From positions 9,075 to 73,074 of IMG/VR virus record IMGVR_UViG_3300036783_000183: 64,000 nucleotides of DNA; one strand, given 5' to 3'. Positions within the stretch are counted from its first letter, which is position 1; every line of letters begins with the position of its first letter. Shown here piece after piece: positions 35,701-42,837 of this stretch. The position numbers were made by a program, and so were the translations under genes. Below the pieces are notes generated by a model. The model did not search any database. It had not been told where the DNA came from and was given only the letters and a program-made list of their open reading frames with translations. The DNA is from a virus (lineage: Duplodnaviria; Caudoviricetes).

Positions 35701-35757
35701 GGGCTCCTCGCCCCGGCCCGGCCGGGCAGCGGCGAAGTGCTCCAGGATGTCAGCCAC
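29722..35757 (-). CDS. Giant polyvalent protein 2 (2011 aa): three ParB/Srx-like domains, multiple ART-like domains, C-terminal Pol-beta nucleotidyltransferase
   Basis: VTEGNSRLAWA, LDDGHRRVLVA and VMNGHTRLLAA (ParB-like); MYHGS, MYHAT, WFHGT and IYRA...TGDWV(T/S) (ART-like); WLAGSQAS...NGDLDVLV (NTase). Confidence 0.85.
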   Translation of the reverse strand: MADILEHFAAARPGRGEEPCSCCRATGEHEDRSECDRCDGSGAMHRGDDAAMPWCPGRENDQPNPPKRRHWRQAVLPGGDLSHLHDPERPVEWVRTDALMKHREWHHGPGWSRSPEGQEMAPRHTPQEWDDMAGDVAAHGIREPIHLTWDPKSNYAYVTEGNSRLAWAAQAGHEAVPVTGHRHSWIPARRKYKLPGPSKGPEIYERHSRHIPAALRPSEFLPESYMWKPPPMEHEAGVEDYGIGHRPMQHGAPIHDLAGDAPDADFDQTSYLPGDYLTHRQYYTDSPTEGVRDDAEAIAQMRKVRGKPDTPVRIYRATHHSAPHEINTGDWVTLSRAYALKHAYAESGSDDPQARYVVHHALVPARHVRDAGSGGYREQGYWGPPVACCGHQKQAAGYRRMPLEDILNLRSGDYGGRVGDHLDDIREKLDNDEDGGDELRRRMGLGIQPGDLVVNRGRLDDGHRRVLVAHELGWDAMAVRSGTWTPRRLTEESSRKQAAVTLRMYAWGPGGAHTAADMYHGSDNPEPFERFDFSKRSLKHQDEEEYARSIGEESPETRWWNSRLGSHFTSEHPMAAEAARAHGDGHVYHVDVRMQHPKDYASEHDLAREGFQWARGHGYRGLISYHENGESDALQQHPQSQQIAEGFRRHLQSQGHDGITYGNEYEQPIGHRCAIIFHPDQARITSTHGAYKPCSETRECPECGHLVSKGETGCENCGHEWGQQHQAVLAEHPEYGPEPEYKFAPRDWPDEKRDAHNERMFETRRRWKAHIQRGLSLGHLTGEQAKAHGYYASGHATDNYGHSTWQPLPREMYHATTDLPSVREHGLKTREELSQIRGGHGLGGGEDDTISVTTDHQLGRGILRSLHEFHGVVNGKYTPRQMWEDAKAGKGASRPFHEDIAHYWDSKWKDGDELPRGLHNTIHAVQRDNTMGSSQEMIDKARGPGWRPARDDEGWMSGHKPPQKMHAWWEKEMDPDQRRENAADFYKHFAAHREHAGGAEDPMFFATDTRAFAAKDPSRFALLHVRPRPGAQGYPLGGMREWRTGTGDALEVHHYEQLHGGQVHTAVFRRIGSAHVGSVPWFRMATNPDEYRMQHEGPDPGEGEGLHEIGSGKIWPTDFRERPWEYQLGATEESMDKVHRSRDWPSRKVWAYRALPSPHREINTGDWVSTSARYARSEGRTSTNSDDDYPVVKFQARAEHLRNEGNSLDEWSYTGPRVNRGLVHFSGGKNHRGKGPRGGRTDAMCHEHEPEEMYSAYEAQNRERREKRRAERAERERTATAIPAAERTDSVRHMLDHYAPTDFGTWDEVRHNIVWEHPTVRAFVDDVRQNGVKRPIPVDYESSPPRVMNGHTRLLAAERAGLSEVPTRQHEGWMDPDDPDHLGRGPDDPGHWTNRDEWNQHEAVLPMPGLQNPHTGGSEWFHGTQASHEELGKGFYHPADVHPGAYEMPESEEGGHWNALLGTHFTADHDIAEEFARGEHSSGASERHGWDDEEPPEGVVHARLGLKNPKHYDSEHDMDHEAYEHEHAAGNHPDSHISGLGKHYSDDDEGDEDDERYEVEEMWPHAHRIAQDYGHDKIPASTYGHFHTPFAGHPMRTVWLNTHPDKWDIADRFKKRLQAQGHDGVTYGNEYEKSRYGKLGNRSAIAFDPGQIQITQHHLAGEDHEPEQPPRTGARARRKPLQPDQEECWKCGVRAGKSEFTRASPYAPVMGLAMECADADACRQRREEGSRTAVFTPTERIFGPTYGLDHRLFDEYEKLRPAVRDELMSRLGTVLGNALGPDWHLVTTAWLAGSQASRWTSPDLTGNGDLDVLVGISHSHARLAHPGLDKMTDEELEHRLNTVLRERFNAPGWHPPFDPDGTYDLTGYVIHTADIRAIKPYAAYNLSDDTWTVEPPDLPQWSAEQFPQGPALMQQARALIAEVRAILRLPEPFRRQEASRIWRYIHEGRAESFGPGGMGWQGTGNVLEKALDQASGALVGKLKQVIYGPGDGHPQALAQGMTTADAGASHA

Positions 35758-35802
35758 GGCAGCCTCCTCAAGGCTTCCGGGCGGAGCGCTCAGAGCCTGG
35801 TG

Positions 35803-36015
35803 CTACTGGCCGACAGCGGCAGGCAGCACGTCGGGATCAGCGGACTGGAACCGGGTCATCGGGACCTGGGAGGCAGTGTCGGCCACGAAGCCGGGGCACG
35901 GTGTCTCGTTCGGTCCCGCGTGGCATCCGCGAGCCTTGCAGGAGCTGGTCCCGTTCTTGTGCAGCGGACGCGGATGCCTGCAGTTCACGCAGATGACTCG
36001 GCCTGGCATGGTCAC
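35803..36015 (-). CDS. Small Cys/His Zn-binding protein
   Basis: CVNCRHPRPLH...CKARGCH...CPGF; GAGGAGG RBS. Confidence 0.6.
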   Translation of the reverse strand: MTMPGRVICVNCRHPRPLHKNGTSSCKARGCHAGPNETPCPGFVADTASQVPMTRFQSADPDVLPAAVGQ

Positions 36016-36123
36016 CCTCCTCTCACGGGATAGATCTGTACCGGTCGATTGAATACAATTCATGGATTCCCTATTAATCTTAGCATCAACCCAGCTCGGG
36101 CTATTCCTTACCGGACCGTGATG

Positions 36124-38166
36124 CTACGAGCGCCCCCGGCGCATCGAGCGCCCCCGGGGCATCATCTGTGACTGCTGGCGGCTGCCGGGGAACCGGATCC
36201 GGGCCGCGCCGGGGTGCAGCCCGCGCGACATCGCCTGGCCGCCTAGGGAACCTGCGTAGGGGTTCGGCATCACGTTCATCGGGTCGAACCGGGACATCGG
36301 GTCGGTCTGCGCCGGGTGCATCGAGCCGGCCGGGCGCTGGCTGCCCAGGGCCTGGCCGATGAACACGGCCATCTGCTCGCCGAGCAGCTCGGCGGTGACG
36401 ATCGCGATGCAGTCGGCGATGTCCTTGGTGGTCACCGGGCCCGAGTCCGGCGGCAGCACCTTGGCCTGGCCCTCGGGCTTGCGCACGAACTTCAGCTCGT
36501 CGCTGGCCTCGGGGTGCACCGGGGCGTGCACGAAGCCCATGTTCAGCGCGGCCTTGAACGTCTCGTACGTGGCCCAGTTCAGCGGCCCGGTGGCGGGCCG
36601 CTCGTAGACCTGCACCCGCTTGGGCAGCCGGCCGAGGCGGACCATCTTCTGCAGCCGCTTGACCGTGGCGGGCACGTTGAACTGGTCGAAGGTCAGCTCC
36701 TCGGGGCAGAACGGGTGCACCACCCGGGCGTAGATCCAGTCGATCACCTCGTCGTAGTCGATGAAGTGGTCCTCGTAATCAGCCGGATCCCAGTAGTGGA
36801 TCAGGTCGAAGACCGCGTGCAGCATCCCGTCCGGGCCGGGCTCGGTGTGCGCCATGGCGAAGCCGAACCGGGCGTTGACATCGGACGGGTCGCCGTGCGC
36901 CCGGTAGGCGATCGTCAGCGGGCCGCGCGCCTGCATGGTCAGCTCCGGGCGGCCGAGCGCCTCGGGCCGCTCCAGCCACGGCCGGAACATGTCGTCGACC
37001 TTGCCCGGGTGCAGGTAGGCGTCCATCGCGGTCGCCCAGTAGGACCGGCGCTCGACGGCGAACGTGTCCGGGTTGGCGCGCTCCTCCCGGGCCATCTCGT
37101 CGTCGTAGACCTGGATGGCGCCCTTCAGCGGCTGCAGCCGGGGCGCCGGGACGGCGATGTACTCGCCCAGGTCGCCGGCGAAGCCCTCGGGGAACAGCGG
37201 CAGCTCGGACGCGGCCTCCCAGTCCTTGTACGGATCCCAGCTGGCCAGCTGGATCATCAGCTTGTTCGGGTAGATGCCGAACATCTCGCCGGAGTCGTCG
37301 GCCTCGCGCTCCAGCGCGTTCTCCCACAGCTCGTAGAACTTGCCGGTCATCTCCCAGGTCGAGGACGGGATGCAGATGAAGGCGTCGCGGCCGAACTGGT
37401 CCAGGGCGGGGCCCGCCGCGCCGTACACGTCGCCGAACTGGCGGGTCGTGCCCGCGTTCTTGACGTGCGCGGCCTCGTCGAAGCCGAGGATGCAGGCGGC
37501 CGGGCCCCGGCCGGACAGCAGCGTGGACTCGCGCGGGTAGATGCCGAAGCTGGCCATGTCCCGGGTCGAGCGGATGCCGCGCTCGGCCAGCTTGGCCATC
37601 CGCTGCTCGTCGTAGGGCGCGAACACGGTCAGGTGCTCGGCGCCGGTCTCGGAGATGTACGGGGCGTAGCAGGGCGCGCCGACGATGGCGTTGTGCAGGT
37701 CGCCCCACAGGTTGGCCTTGGCCTGGTCCTTCTTGCCCGCGAAGATCATCACCGCGAGCTGCTTGTCGCGGTCGACGCCGTAGTAGTCCTGCGGGTTGCC
37801 CCGGCACAGGTAGGACCACAGCACGTAGCTCATGGCGAGGCTGCAGACGTAGCCCTTGGAGCCCCGGCGGCCGACCGCCATCAGGACTTCCTTGAACCAC
37901 CGGTAGCCGCGCTCCTTGCACCAGGCGATCCGCTCGTAGATATCGGGCTGGATGCCGTTGGTGTGCGCCTCGAACTTGTTCTCCGGCCCGGCGTTCGGGT
38001 TGGTCGCGTGGAACTCGGCGATCCACTCCGCGATCACGTCGTGGTCGTAGGCGGTGAACAGGTCGTCGCGCAGGAAGATGATCTTCAGCAGGGTGGCCTG
38101 GCGCGGGTACAGGTTGGGCCGGTCCAGCCACTGCTCGCCGATGACGAAGGTGATGGGGTCCGGCAG
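36124..38166 (-). CDS. terL: Terminase large subunit (true start uncertain, upstream of the track's 38037)
   Basis: Walker A-like VGRRGSKG, Walker B ILGFDEAAH, nuclease AHGDPS...LTFDQFN...KDIADC. The in-frame upstream sequence encodes PDPITFV...LYPRQATLLKIIF. Confidence 0.88.
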   Translation of the reverse strand: MPDPITFVIGEQWLDRPNLYPRQATLLKIIFLRDDLFTAYDHDVIAEWIAEFHATNPNAGPENKFEAHTNGIQPDIYERIAWCKERGYRWFKEVLMAVGRRGSKGYVCSLAMSYVLWSYLCRGNPQDYYGVDRDKQLAVMIFAGKKDQAKANLWGDLHNAIVGAPCYAPYISETGAEHLTVFAPYDEQRMAKLAERGIRSTRDMASFGIYPRESTLLSGRGPAACILGFDEAAHVKNAGTTRQFGDVYGAAGPALDQFGRDAFICIPSSTWEMTGKFYELWENALEREADDSGEMFGIYPNKLMIQLASWDPYKDWEAASELPLFPEGFAGDLGEYIAVPAPRLQPLKGAIQVYDDEMAREERANPDTFAVERRSYWATAMDAYLHPGKVDDMFRPWLERPEALGRPELTMQARGPLTIAYRAHGDPSDVNARFGFAMAHTEPGPDGMLHAVFDLIHYWDPADYEDHFIDYDEVIDWIYARVVHPFCPEELTFDQFNVPATVKRLQKMVRLGRLPKRVQVYERPATGPLNWATYETFKAALNMGFVHAPVHPEASDELKFVRKPEGQAKVLPPDSGPVTTKDIADCIAIVTAELLGEQMAVFIGQALGSQRPAGSMHPAQTDPMSRFDPMNVMPNPYAGSLGGQAMSRGLHPGAARIRFPGSRQQSQMMPRGRSMRRGRS

Positions 38167-38224
38167 GACGGGCCCGTCGACCTCCTCGGCGTAGCCCAGG
38201 ATCGCGTCGAAGACGGGGACGAGA

Positions 38225-38626
38225 TCAGTGCTGATGGCCGTGGCCGTTCCCGCCCTCCCGGAACTGCCGGAAGACGCCGCCGTCGTCGGTCCTGATGACG
38301 CCCTCCTGGCCGGGGATGCCCAGGATATTGGCGGTGACCTCGTGCACCTGCCGGTCGTGGTCGAACTCGTGCTTGGGATCGCAGCGGCCCACGACGGTCA
38401 CCTCGGGCATCGCGGCGCCCTCGATCATCACGCCGTCGACCTCGTACCGGTACCAGTTCACGTGCACCACGAAGCCGGCGTCGGCGAACCGGCCGGTGAT
38501 CTCGCGCTCCACGTCGTCGTAGTTGCGGGTGGCCTTCTGGTGCCGGTCCCGCAGCGCATCCCAGACCCGCTGGATCGCGTCAACCTCGTGATCGTACAGC
38601 TCGATCGGCGGCCTCGGGATCGTCAC
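38225..38626 (-). CDS. Conserved hypothetical protein
   Basis: GTG 38626 after GGAGG; MTIPRPPIELYDHEVDAIQRVW... Confidence 0.65.
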   Translation of the reverse strand: MTIPRPPIELYDHEVDAIQRVWDALRDRHQKATRNYDDVEREITGRFADAGFVVHVNWYRYEVDGVMIEGAAMPEVTVVGRCDPKHEFDHDRQVHEVTANILGIPGQEGVIRTDDGGVFRQFREGGNGHGHQH

Positions 38627-39227
38627 CGTCTGCGTCCTCCTCCCGGGCTGGCGAAATGGATCGCAATGCTTCCGAGGTCCGCAGGTCGGCCAGGAACGCC
38701 GCCCAGTTCGGGCCGAGGTGCTTGCGGGCGATCCAGAGCAGCTCGCGGACGGCCGCCTGCCACTGCTCGACGCTCCCGGCCGCCGCCTGGGCCTGCTCGT
38801 CCTTCGCGAGGTCCCGCTGCAGCCGCAGCAGCGCGACCGCATCGCGGACCAGGCTGTTGTCGCCGTCCTGCATCGCCTCCCAGGCCCGCTGCATGGTCAG
38901 CCGGGCCATGTCCGGCAGCGTCACCTGGGTCTCGCCCGTCTCGCCCCGGGCGGCCCGGTCGGCCTCCAGGGAGCGCCGGGCGTCGGCGTGCGGCGGCGCC
39001 AGGTGATCCACGTGGGCGTCCATCGCCTGCCCGGTGAGCGCGGCCAGGCCGGGCAGGTGCATGGCCCGCAGGTGGCCCAGGATCCGCTCGTGGCTCCAGG
39101 CGTAGGACAGCAGCAGGTCCAGCTGGAGCATCATCGGGCTGGTGCAGGCCGGGCAGTCCGGGTCGTACGGCTTGTCGTACTCGCGGTTGCCGACGCGGAC
39201 CCGGACCCGGCGCTGCGGCTCAGTCAT
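38580..39227 (-). CDS. Putative terminase small subunit-like protein (Zn-HTH)
   Basis: YDPDCPAC...H pattern, helical body; lies two genes upstream of terL. Confidence 0.45.
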   Translation of the reverse strand: MTEPQRRVRVRVGNREYDKPYDPDCPACTSPMMLQLDLLLSYAWSHERILGHLRAMHLPGLAALTGQAMDAHVDHLAPPHADARRSLEADRAARGETGETQVTLPDMARLTMQRAWEAMQDGDNSLVRDAVALLRLQRDLAKDEQAQAAAGSVEQWQAAVRELLWIARKHLGPNWAAFLADLRTSEALRSISPAREEDADGDDPEAADRAVRSRG

Positions 39228-39609
39228 CGCCGTAGTCGCCGTCCGCCGAGGCGAAGTCGGGGGAGTCCGGGATCCGCCGCGCGGGGAAGGCGCCGTCGCG
39301 GGAGTTCAGGTGGCTGTGCCGGGAGTTCCAGGCCCGCCGGAACATGCCCTTGCGGACGGCCGGGTCGGCGAAGCCGGTCGAGGTGAGGATCTCGCGCTTG
39401 GCGCGGTCCTCCTCCTTCCACGGGGTCAGGATGTCAGACTTGGCAGAGCGCGAGGTCACGCCCTGCAGCGACAGCCGGATCAGCTCGTCCGCATAGTCCT
39501 CCAGCGGCCGGCAGACCCCGTTCCGCAGCCGCGTCCGCACCTGCGGCAGGGCCATACCCGATGCCAGGCTGTCCTCGGTCATAACGCGCCCCTCCCGCCG
39601 GGCTCTCAA
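39220..39609 (-). CDS. Hypothetical protein (likely start MTEDS ~39582)
   Basis: ORF track; coupled to the downstream gene. Confidence 0.55.
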   Translation of the reverse strand: MRARREGRVMTEDSLASGMALPQVRTRLRNGVCRPLEDYADELIRLSLQGVTSRSAKSDILTPWKEEDRAKREILTSTGFADPAVRKGMFRRAWNSRHSHLNSRDGAFPARRIPDSPDFASADGDYGDD

Positions 39610-39904
39610 AGATGATGCAGAGCCGCTGCAGCCCGTCCAGGGCGTACTCGGAGACCTGCCGCGACCCGTCCGTGCGCATCAGGCGCGCGGCGTCGGCGTC
39701 CGGCATGTCCGCGTAGAGGCAGGCGATCGCGACGGCCTGCAGCGGGTCCAGGTGCCGGCTCAGCTCGTACAGGCGCATCAGGTCGGCCAGGCAGTAGAGG
39801 TCGCCGTCCGGCCCGATCAGGGTGTCGATGCCCTCAGCCTCGTGCAGGGACTGAAATGCCTGCAGGTGCCGTATCAGCTCACCCAGGACCTGCGGTTCGA
39901 GCAA
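39434..39904 (-). CDS. Sigma region-4-like HTH protein
   Basis: LDPLQAVAIACLYADMPDADAARLM...VSEYALDGLQRL; TTG 39904 after GGAGGG. The 3' end overlaps the next gene. Confidence 0.45.
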   Translation of the reverse strand: MLEPQVLGELIRHLQAFQSLHEAEGIDTLIGPDGDLYCLADLMRLYELSRHLDPLQAVAIACLYADMPDADAARLMRTDGSRQVSEYALDGLQRLCIIFESPAGGARYDRGQPGIGYGPAAGADAAAERGLPAAGGLCGRADPAVAAGRDLALCQV

Positions 39905-40002
39905 CGCACTGTTCCCTCCGGCTCTACCAGCATTTATAGGCGTCAGTAAAGCACGCCTCAGAAGGATGGGTACAGCTCCGGCGGGTGCGCCCGGAAGCGC
40001 TC

Positions 40003-40263
40003 CTAAGGTTCCGTAATCTTTTTGGGCCACCGTCTCGTGCAGCCCCGGCACAGGTGCCACGCCTCGCCGTGGCCGGGGGCCAGGGAGCAGGTGTGCTCGC
40101 CGTCCGTGACCGGGCACACACGGCCCATCGCCCGGCGCCGGGCCAGCTCGAACTCGATGTCGCGCAGCGCATGCTCGGACAGGCCGCCGATCCGGTACAG
40201 CGCCGGGTGCTCCCGCAGCTCCAGCAGGCGGCTGTCGCCGTCCTCGGTGACGGTGACATCCAT
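40003..40263 (-). CDS. Small Cys/His protein
   Basis: TGATG coupling; CPV...CSL...HLCRGC. Confidence 0.5.
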   Translation of the reverse strand: MDVTVTEDGDSRLLELREHPALYRIGGLSEHALRDIEFELARRRAMGRVCPVTDGEHTCSLAPGHGEAWHLCRGCTRRWPKKITEP

Positions 40264-40952
40264 CAGCGGTCGTCCTTCATCAGCATCGTCTCCAGCCGCC
40301 GCATGCTGTACAGCAGCGCGTCGCCCCGGCGGGACAAGATGGACTGGAAGATGGCGAAATACCGCTCCTCGATGCTGGCCAGGTGGCCCTGCTGGGTCCG
40401 GTCGTCGATGGTGAGCTTGCCGCGCGGGGTGGTGTAGCCGTAGGCGAAGGCCTCCTCCCAGATCCCCTTGGCGAACATCGCCGAGCCCCACATGGTGGCG
40501 GCCTGCTGCCCCCACTCGACCATGTGGATGACCAGCTCGTGCAGGAAGTCGCTGCGCTCGGCATCACCCAGCCGGGACCAGTCCTCGATGTAGAAGCCCT
40601 CGGCGTTGCGCTTCCACTGGATGTGCCCGGCCAGGTCCTTGATGATCACGCCGTCCGTGGTGGTCCTCGGCTCGCGGACGACCCGGTACAGCCGCTCCAG
40701 CAGCCACCAGGCGTCGGCGAACCGGGCGGCCAGCACCTGATCGGCCAGCCGCGTGATCTCCTGGATCTTGATCTTGTCTTCCTTGGGCCAGTCCGTCCGC
40801 ATCCGCTGGAAGTTGACGTGGCTGAACTGCCGGGTCCGGTCGGGCGGGAGGTCAGGAGCGAGCGGGTCCTCGTCGGGCCCGCCGGGCAGCTGGTCGGCTT
40901 CCTTCCGGATCCGGGTAAGCTGCCTGCCCGCCTTGTCCTGCTGCTCCGTCAT
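40263..40952 (-). CDS. Conserved phage hypothetical protein
   Basis: 229-aa ORF with a GGAGG RBS. Confidence 0.7.
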   Translation of the reverse strand: MTEQQDKAGRQLTRIRKEADQLPGGPDEDPLAPDLPPDRTRQFSHVNFQRMRTDWPKEDKIKIQEITRLADQVLAARFADAWWLLERLYRVVREPRTTTDGVIIKDLAGHIQWKRNAEGFYIEDWSRLGDAERSDFLHELVIHMVEWGQQAATMWGSAMFAKGIWEEAFAYGYTTPRGKLTIDDRTQQGHLASIEERYFAIFQSILSRRGDALLYSMRRLETMLMKDDR

Positions 40953-41313
40953 GACCGTCCTCCTGCGGCGGGGGTACCTCCATGAAGCCGGTCAGGCGGC
41001 CGAGCACGCGGGCCCCGCCGGCCAGCGGGCCGTAGATGTCGTGGAACCAGCGGCACAGCGCATTGCCGTGCTCCGGGTGATCACCGTAGCTCAGCGTTTG
41101 GTGGCAGACCAGGCCGATGCAGTGCGGCCCGGTGTTCTGGGCGATCAGGTCCTTCAGGCGGCCCTCGCGCAGGTGCATCAGGTTGCCGGGACGGCCCACG
41201 CACGTCGAGCACTGCTCCGACAGCAGCCGGACCTTGCCGGTCCCGGGGTCGAGGAGATCGGCGGCGTACGTGCCGCCGTCATCCGGCTCCTCCCCGGTCC
41301 AGCCGTCCCTCAC
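40852..41313 (-). CDS. Hypothetical Cys-containing protein
   Basis: QCSTC...CHQT...CRWF; GTGA coupling. Confidence 0.5.
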   Translation of the reverse strand: MRDGWTGEEPDDGGTYAADLLDPGTGKVRLLSEQCSTCVGRPGNLMHLREGRLKDLIAQNTGPHCIGLVCHQTLSYGDHPEHGNALCRWFHDIYGPLAGGARVLGRLTGFMEVPPPQEDGHDGAAGQGGQAAYPDPEGSRPAARRARRGPARS

Positions 41314-41630
41314 GGCGCCGGCTCCGGGCCGTCCGGGTCGGCCGTGAGCCCGGAGCACTCAGTGCCGCCCAGCGCGGCCCAGTCCATGTCGGCCTCCTCG
41401 GCCAGCCGGCGGATGTACGCGGCGTACTCCGGATCGGTCTCCATCCGCTCGACGCCCGCGTGGAACCGCGCCAGGGCGGCAGCCTCGTCGTAGCCGGGCT
41501 CGCCCTGGTACATGGCGCGCAGCGACCGGATGATCCAGTTCTCGGCCGGCTCCCCGTAGCATTCCGGGCACGGGTCACGGCCATCGACGCCGTGACGGCA
41601 TACCCAGGCACCCCGCGTAGGGCTGCCCAT
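41310..41630 (-). CDS. Hypothetical protein
   Basis: CRHG...CPEC; TGATG coupling. Confidence 0.55.
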   Translation of the reverse strand: MGSPTRGAWVCRHGVDGRDPCPECYGEPAENWIIRSLRAMYQGEPGYDEAAALARFHAGVERMETDPEYAAYIRRLAEEADMDWAALGGTECSGLTADPDGPEPAP

Positions 41631-41932
41631 CAGATCGCCATCTCCCACAGCCCGGGGTTCATCACCTGGTCCGGCTCCGGGGTCGTGTCCGGCAGCCTGG
41701 CAACGGCACGCTTGAACAGGCCCCAGGCCTGCGCGCGGCTCATGCCCAGCGCGGCGGCCACCTCGGGCCAGCTGGCGCCCTGCATGTCGGCGCGCTTGAT
41801 GATCACCTGCCGCTGCAGCGGGGTCGTCTGCGCGAGCAGCTGCGGCATGACCAGGATCAGCAGGGCCAGCTCACGGTCAGCGGCCGAGGCCTTCCGGGCC
41901 CGCCTGTCGTTGAGGGCCTGCGAGAGCGCCAT
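41630..41932 (-). CDS. HTH DNA-binding protein
   Basis: GASWPEVAAALGMSRAQAWGLFKR; GGAGGAG RBS. Confidence 0.7.
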   Translation of the reverse strand: MALSQALNDRRARKASAADRELALLILVMPQLLAQTTPLQRQVIIKRADMQGASWPEVAAALGMSRAQAWGLFKRAVARLPDTTPEPDQVMNPGLWEMAI

Positions 41933-42050
41933 GGTAATCTCCTCCCATCCAGGTGAGATAGTTCTGCGGAGCCCGGCCGGCCAGGCGTGAGCGATCACGC
42001 GGGCCGGCCGGAGTCTTGATCCGGAGTGACTCACCTTCCTTCCTCCGGAC

Positions 42051-42072
42051 ATGATATCAAGGTTCCTAGATA
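42051..42072 (-). promoter_or_regulatory. Variant promoter/operator (TATCTAGGAACCTTGA-TATCAT)
   Basis: Same TTGA-TAnnnT extended -10 and near-palindrome. Confidence 0.5.
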
Positions 42073-42701
42073 GATTCATCCTCTTCGCCATCGATCCAGC
42101 GCTCCGGCGCGTCCAGCGAGACCGTCAGCGCGATGGCCAGCGCGTCCCGCTCGTGCTCGTTCCAGGTCCGGCCCGCCGTCTCCGGCAGGTACCGGGCCAC
42201 CGCCGCCGCGATCTCGCGCTTATCGTGGGCCGGGCTGCCGGTCAGGCGCCAGGACGCGTGGTTGGCGCTGATCGCCGACCCGGCTCCGCCGCACGCCTCG
42301 TACACGCAGAGCCCGGCGATCAGCGAGGACTCCAGCCGGTGGCCGCGCACCGCCGGGGCCTCCCAGGCGATGGCCGCCGGGAACCGGAGATCCTGCTCCC
42401 GCCAGATCACCTCCTGGATCAGCGCCCTCATCCGGGACGCCTTGTCGTACGTGCCCAGGTACCCGGTCAGCTCGGTCCGGACCCGCAGCGTGCCCTTGGC
42501 GGCCACCACGAGCCGGTCGCGCGGGGTCCAGCCGCGCACCCGCAGGAACACCCATCCGGTCGAGGTCAGCGACGGGTCGAAGGCGATTACCCGCAGCGCC
42601 CGGAAGTCGGCCAGCTGCGGCGCCGTCCAGGGTGCCGGGCGGGATGCTAGCTGGCTGGCCGCCAGCTGGCCGCGCAGCTCATCCCACAGCGTCGTCTTCA
42701 A
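42066..42701 (-). CDS. ruvC: RuvC-like Holliday junction resolvase
   Basis: VIAFDPSLTSTGW, IAWEAP and NEHERDALAIAL catalytic motifs. Confidence 0.85.
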   Translation of the reverse strand: MKTTLWDELRGQLAASQLASRPAPWTAPQLADFRALRVIAFDPSLTSTGWVFLRVRGWTPRDRLVVAAKGTLRVRTELTGYLGTYDKASRMRALIQEVIWREQDLRFPAAIAWEAPAVRGHRLESSLIAGLCVYEACGGAGSAISANHASWRLTGSPAHDKREIAAAVARYLPETAGRTWNEHERDALAIALTVSLDAPERWIDGEEDESI

Positions 42702-42837
42702 GCCGCAGCTCCTCGGCGTACAGGAACTCCACGAGAGGCGACCCGAACGAGATGGAGTGCATGACCTCCAGGGCGACCTGCCTCGGGTCCATGCCGGGCG
42801 GCATCGTGAGGCGCACGAGCAGGACAGCCTGTTTCAC
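42679..42837 (-). CDS. Small hypothetical protein
   Basis: GTGA-coupled; MKQAVLLVRLTMPPG... Confidence 0.4.
   Translation of the reverse strand: MKQAVLLVRLTMPPGMDPRQVALEVMHSISFGSPLVEFLYAEELRLEDDAVG

Noticed and set aside
14096-36033. Long plus-strand ORFs (e.g. 17227-20106, 24231-27110, 29551-33636)
   Set aside because: These are antisense shadows of high-GC minus-strand genes, with no recognisable motifs.
41726-41749. Possible self-target of the 60746 guide in the HTH gene (LGMSRAQA; 6 of 8 dinucleotides match)
   Set aside because: A match this partial is expected by chance given ~60 guides and 128 kb of both-strand GC-rich sequence.
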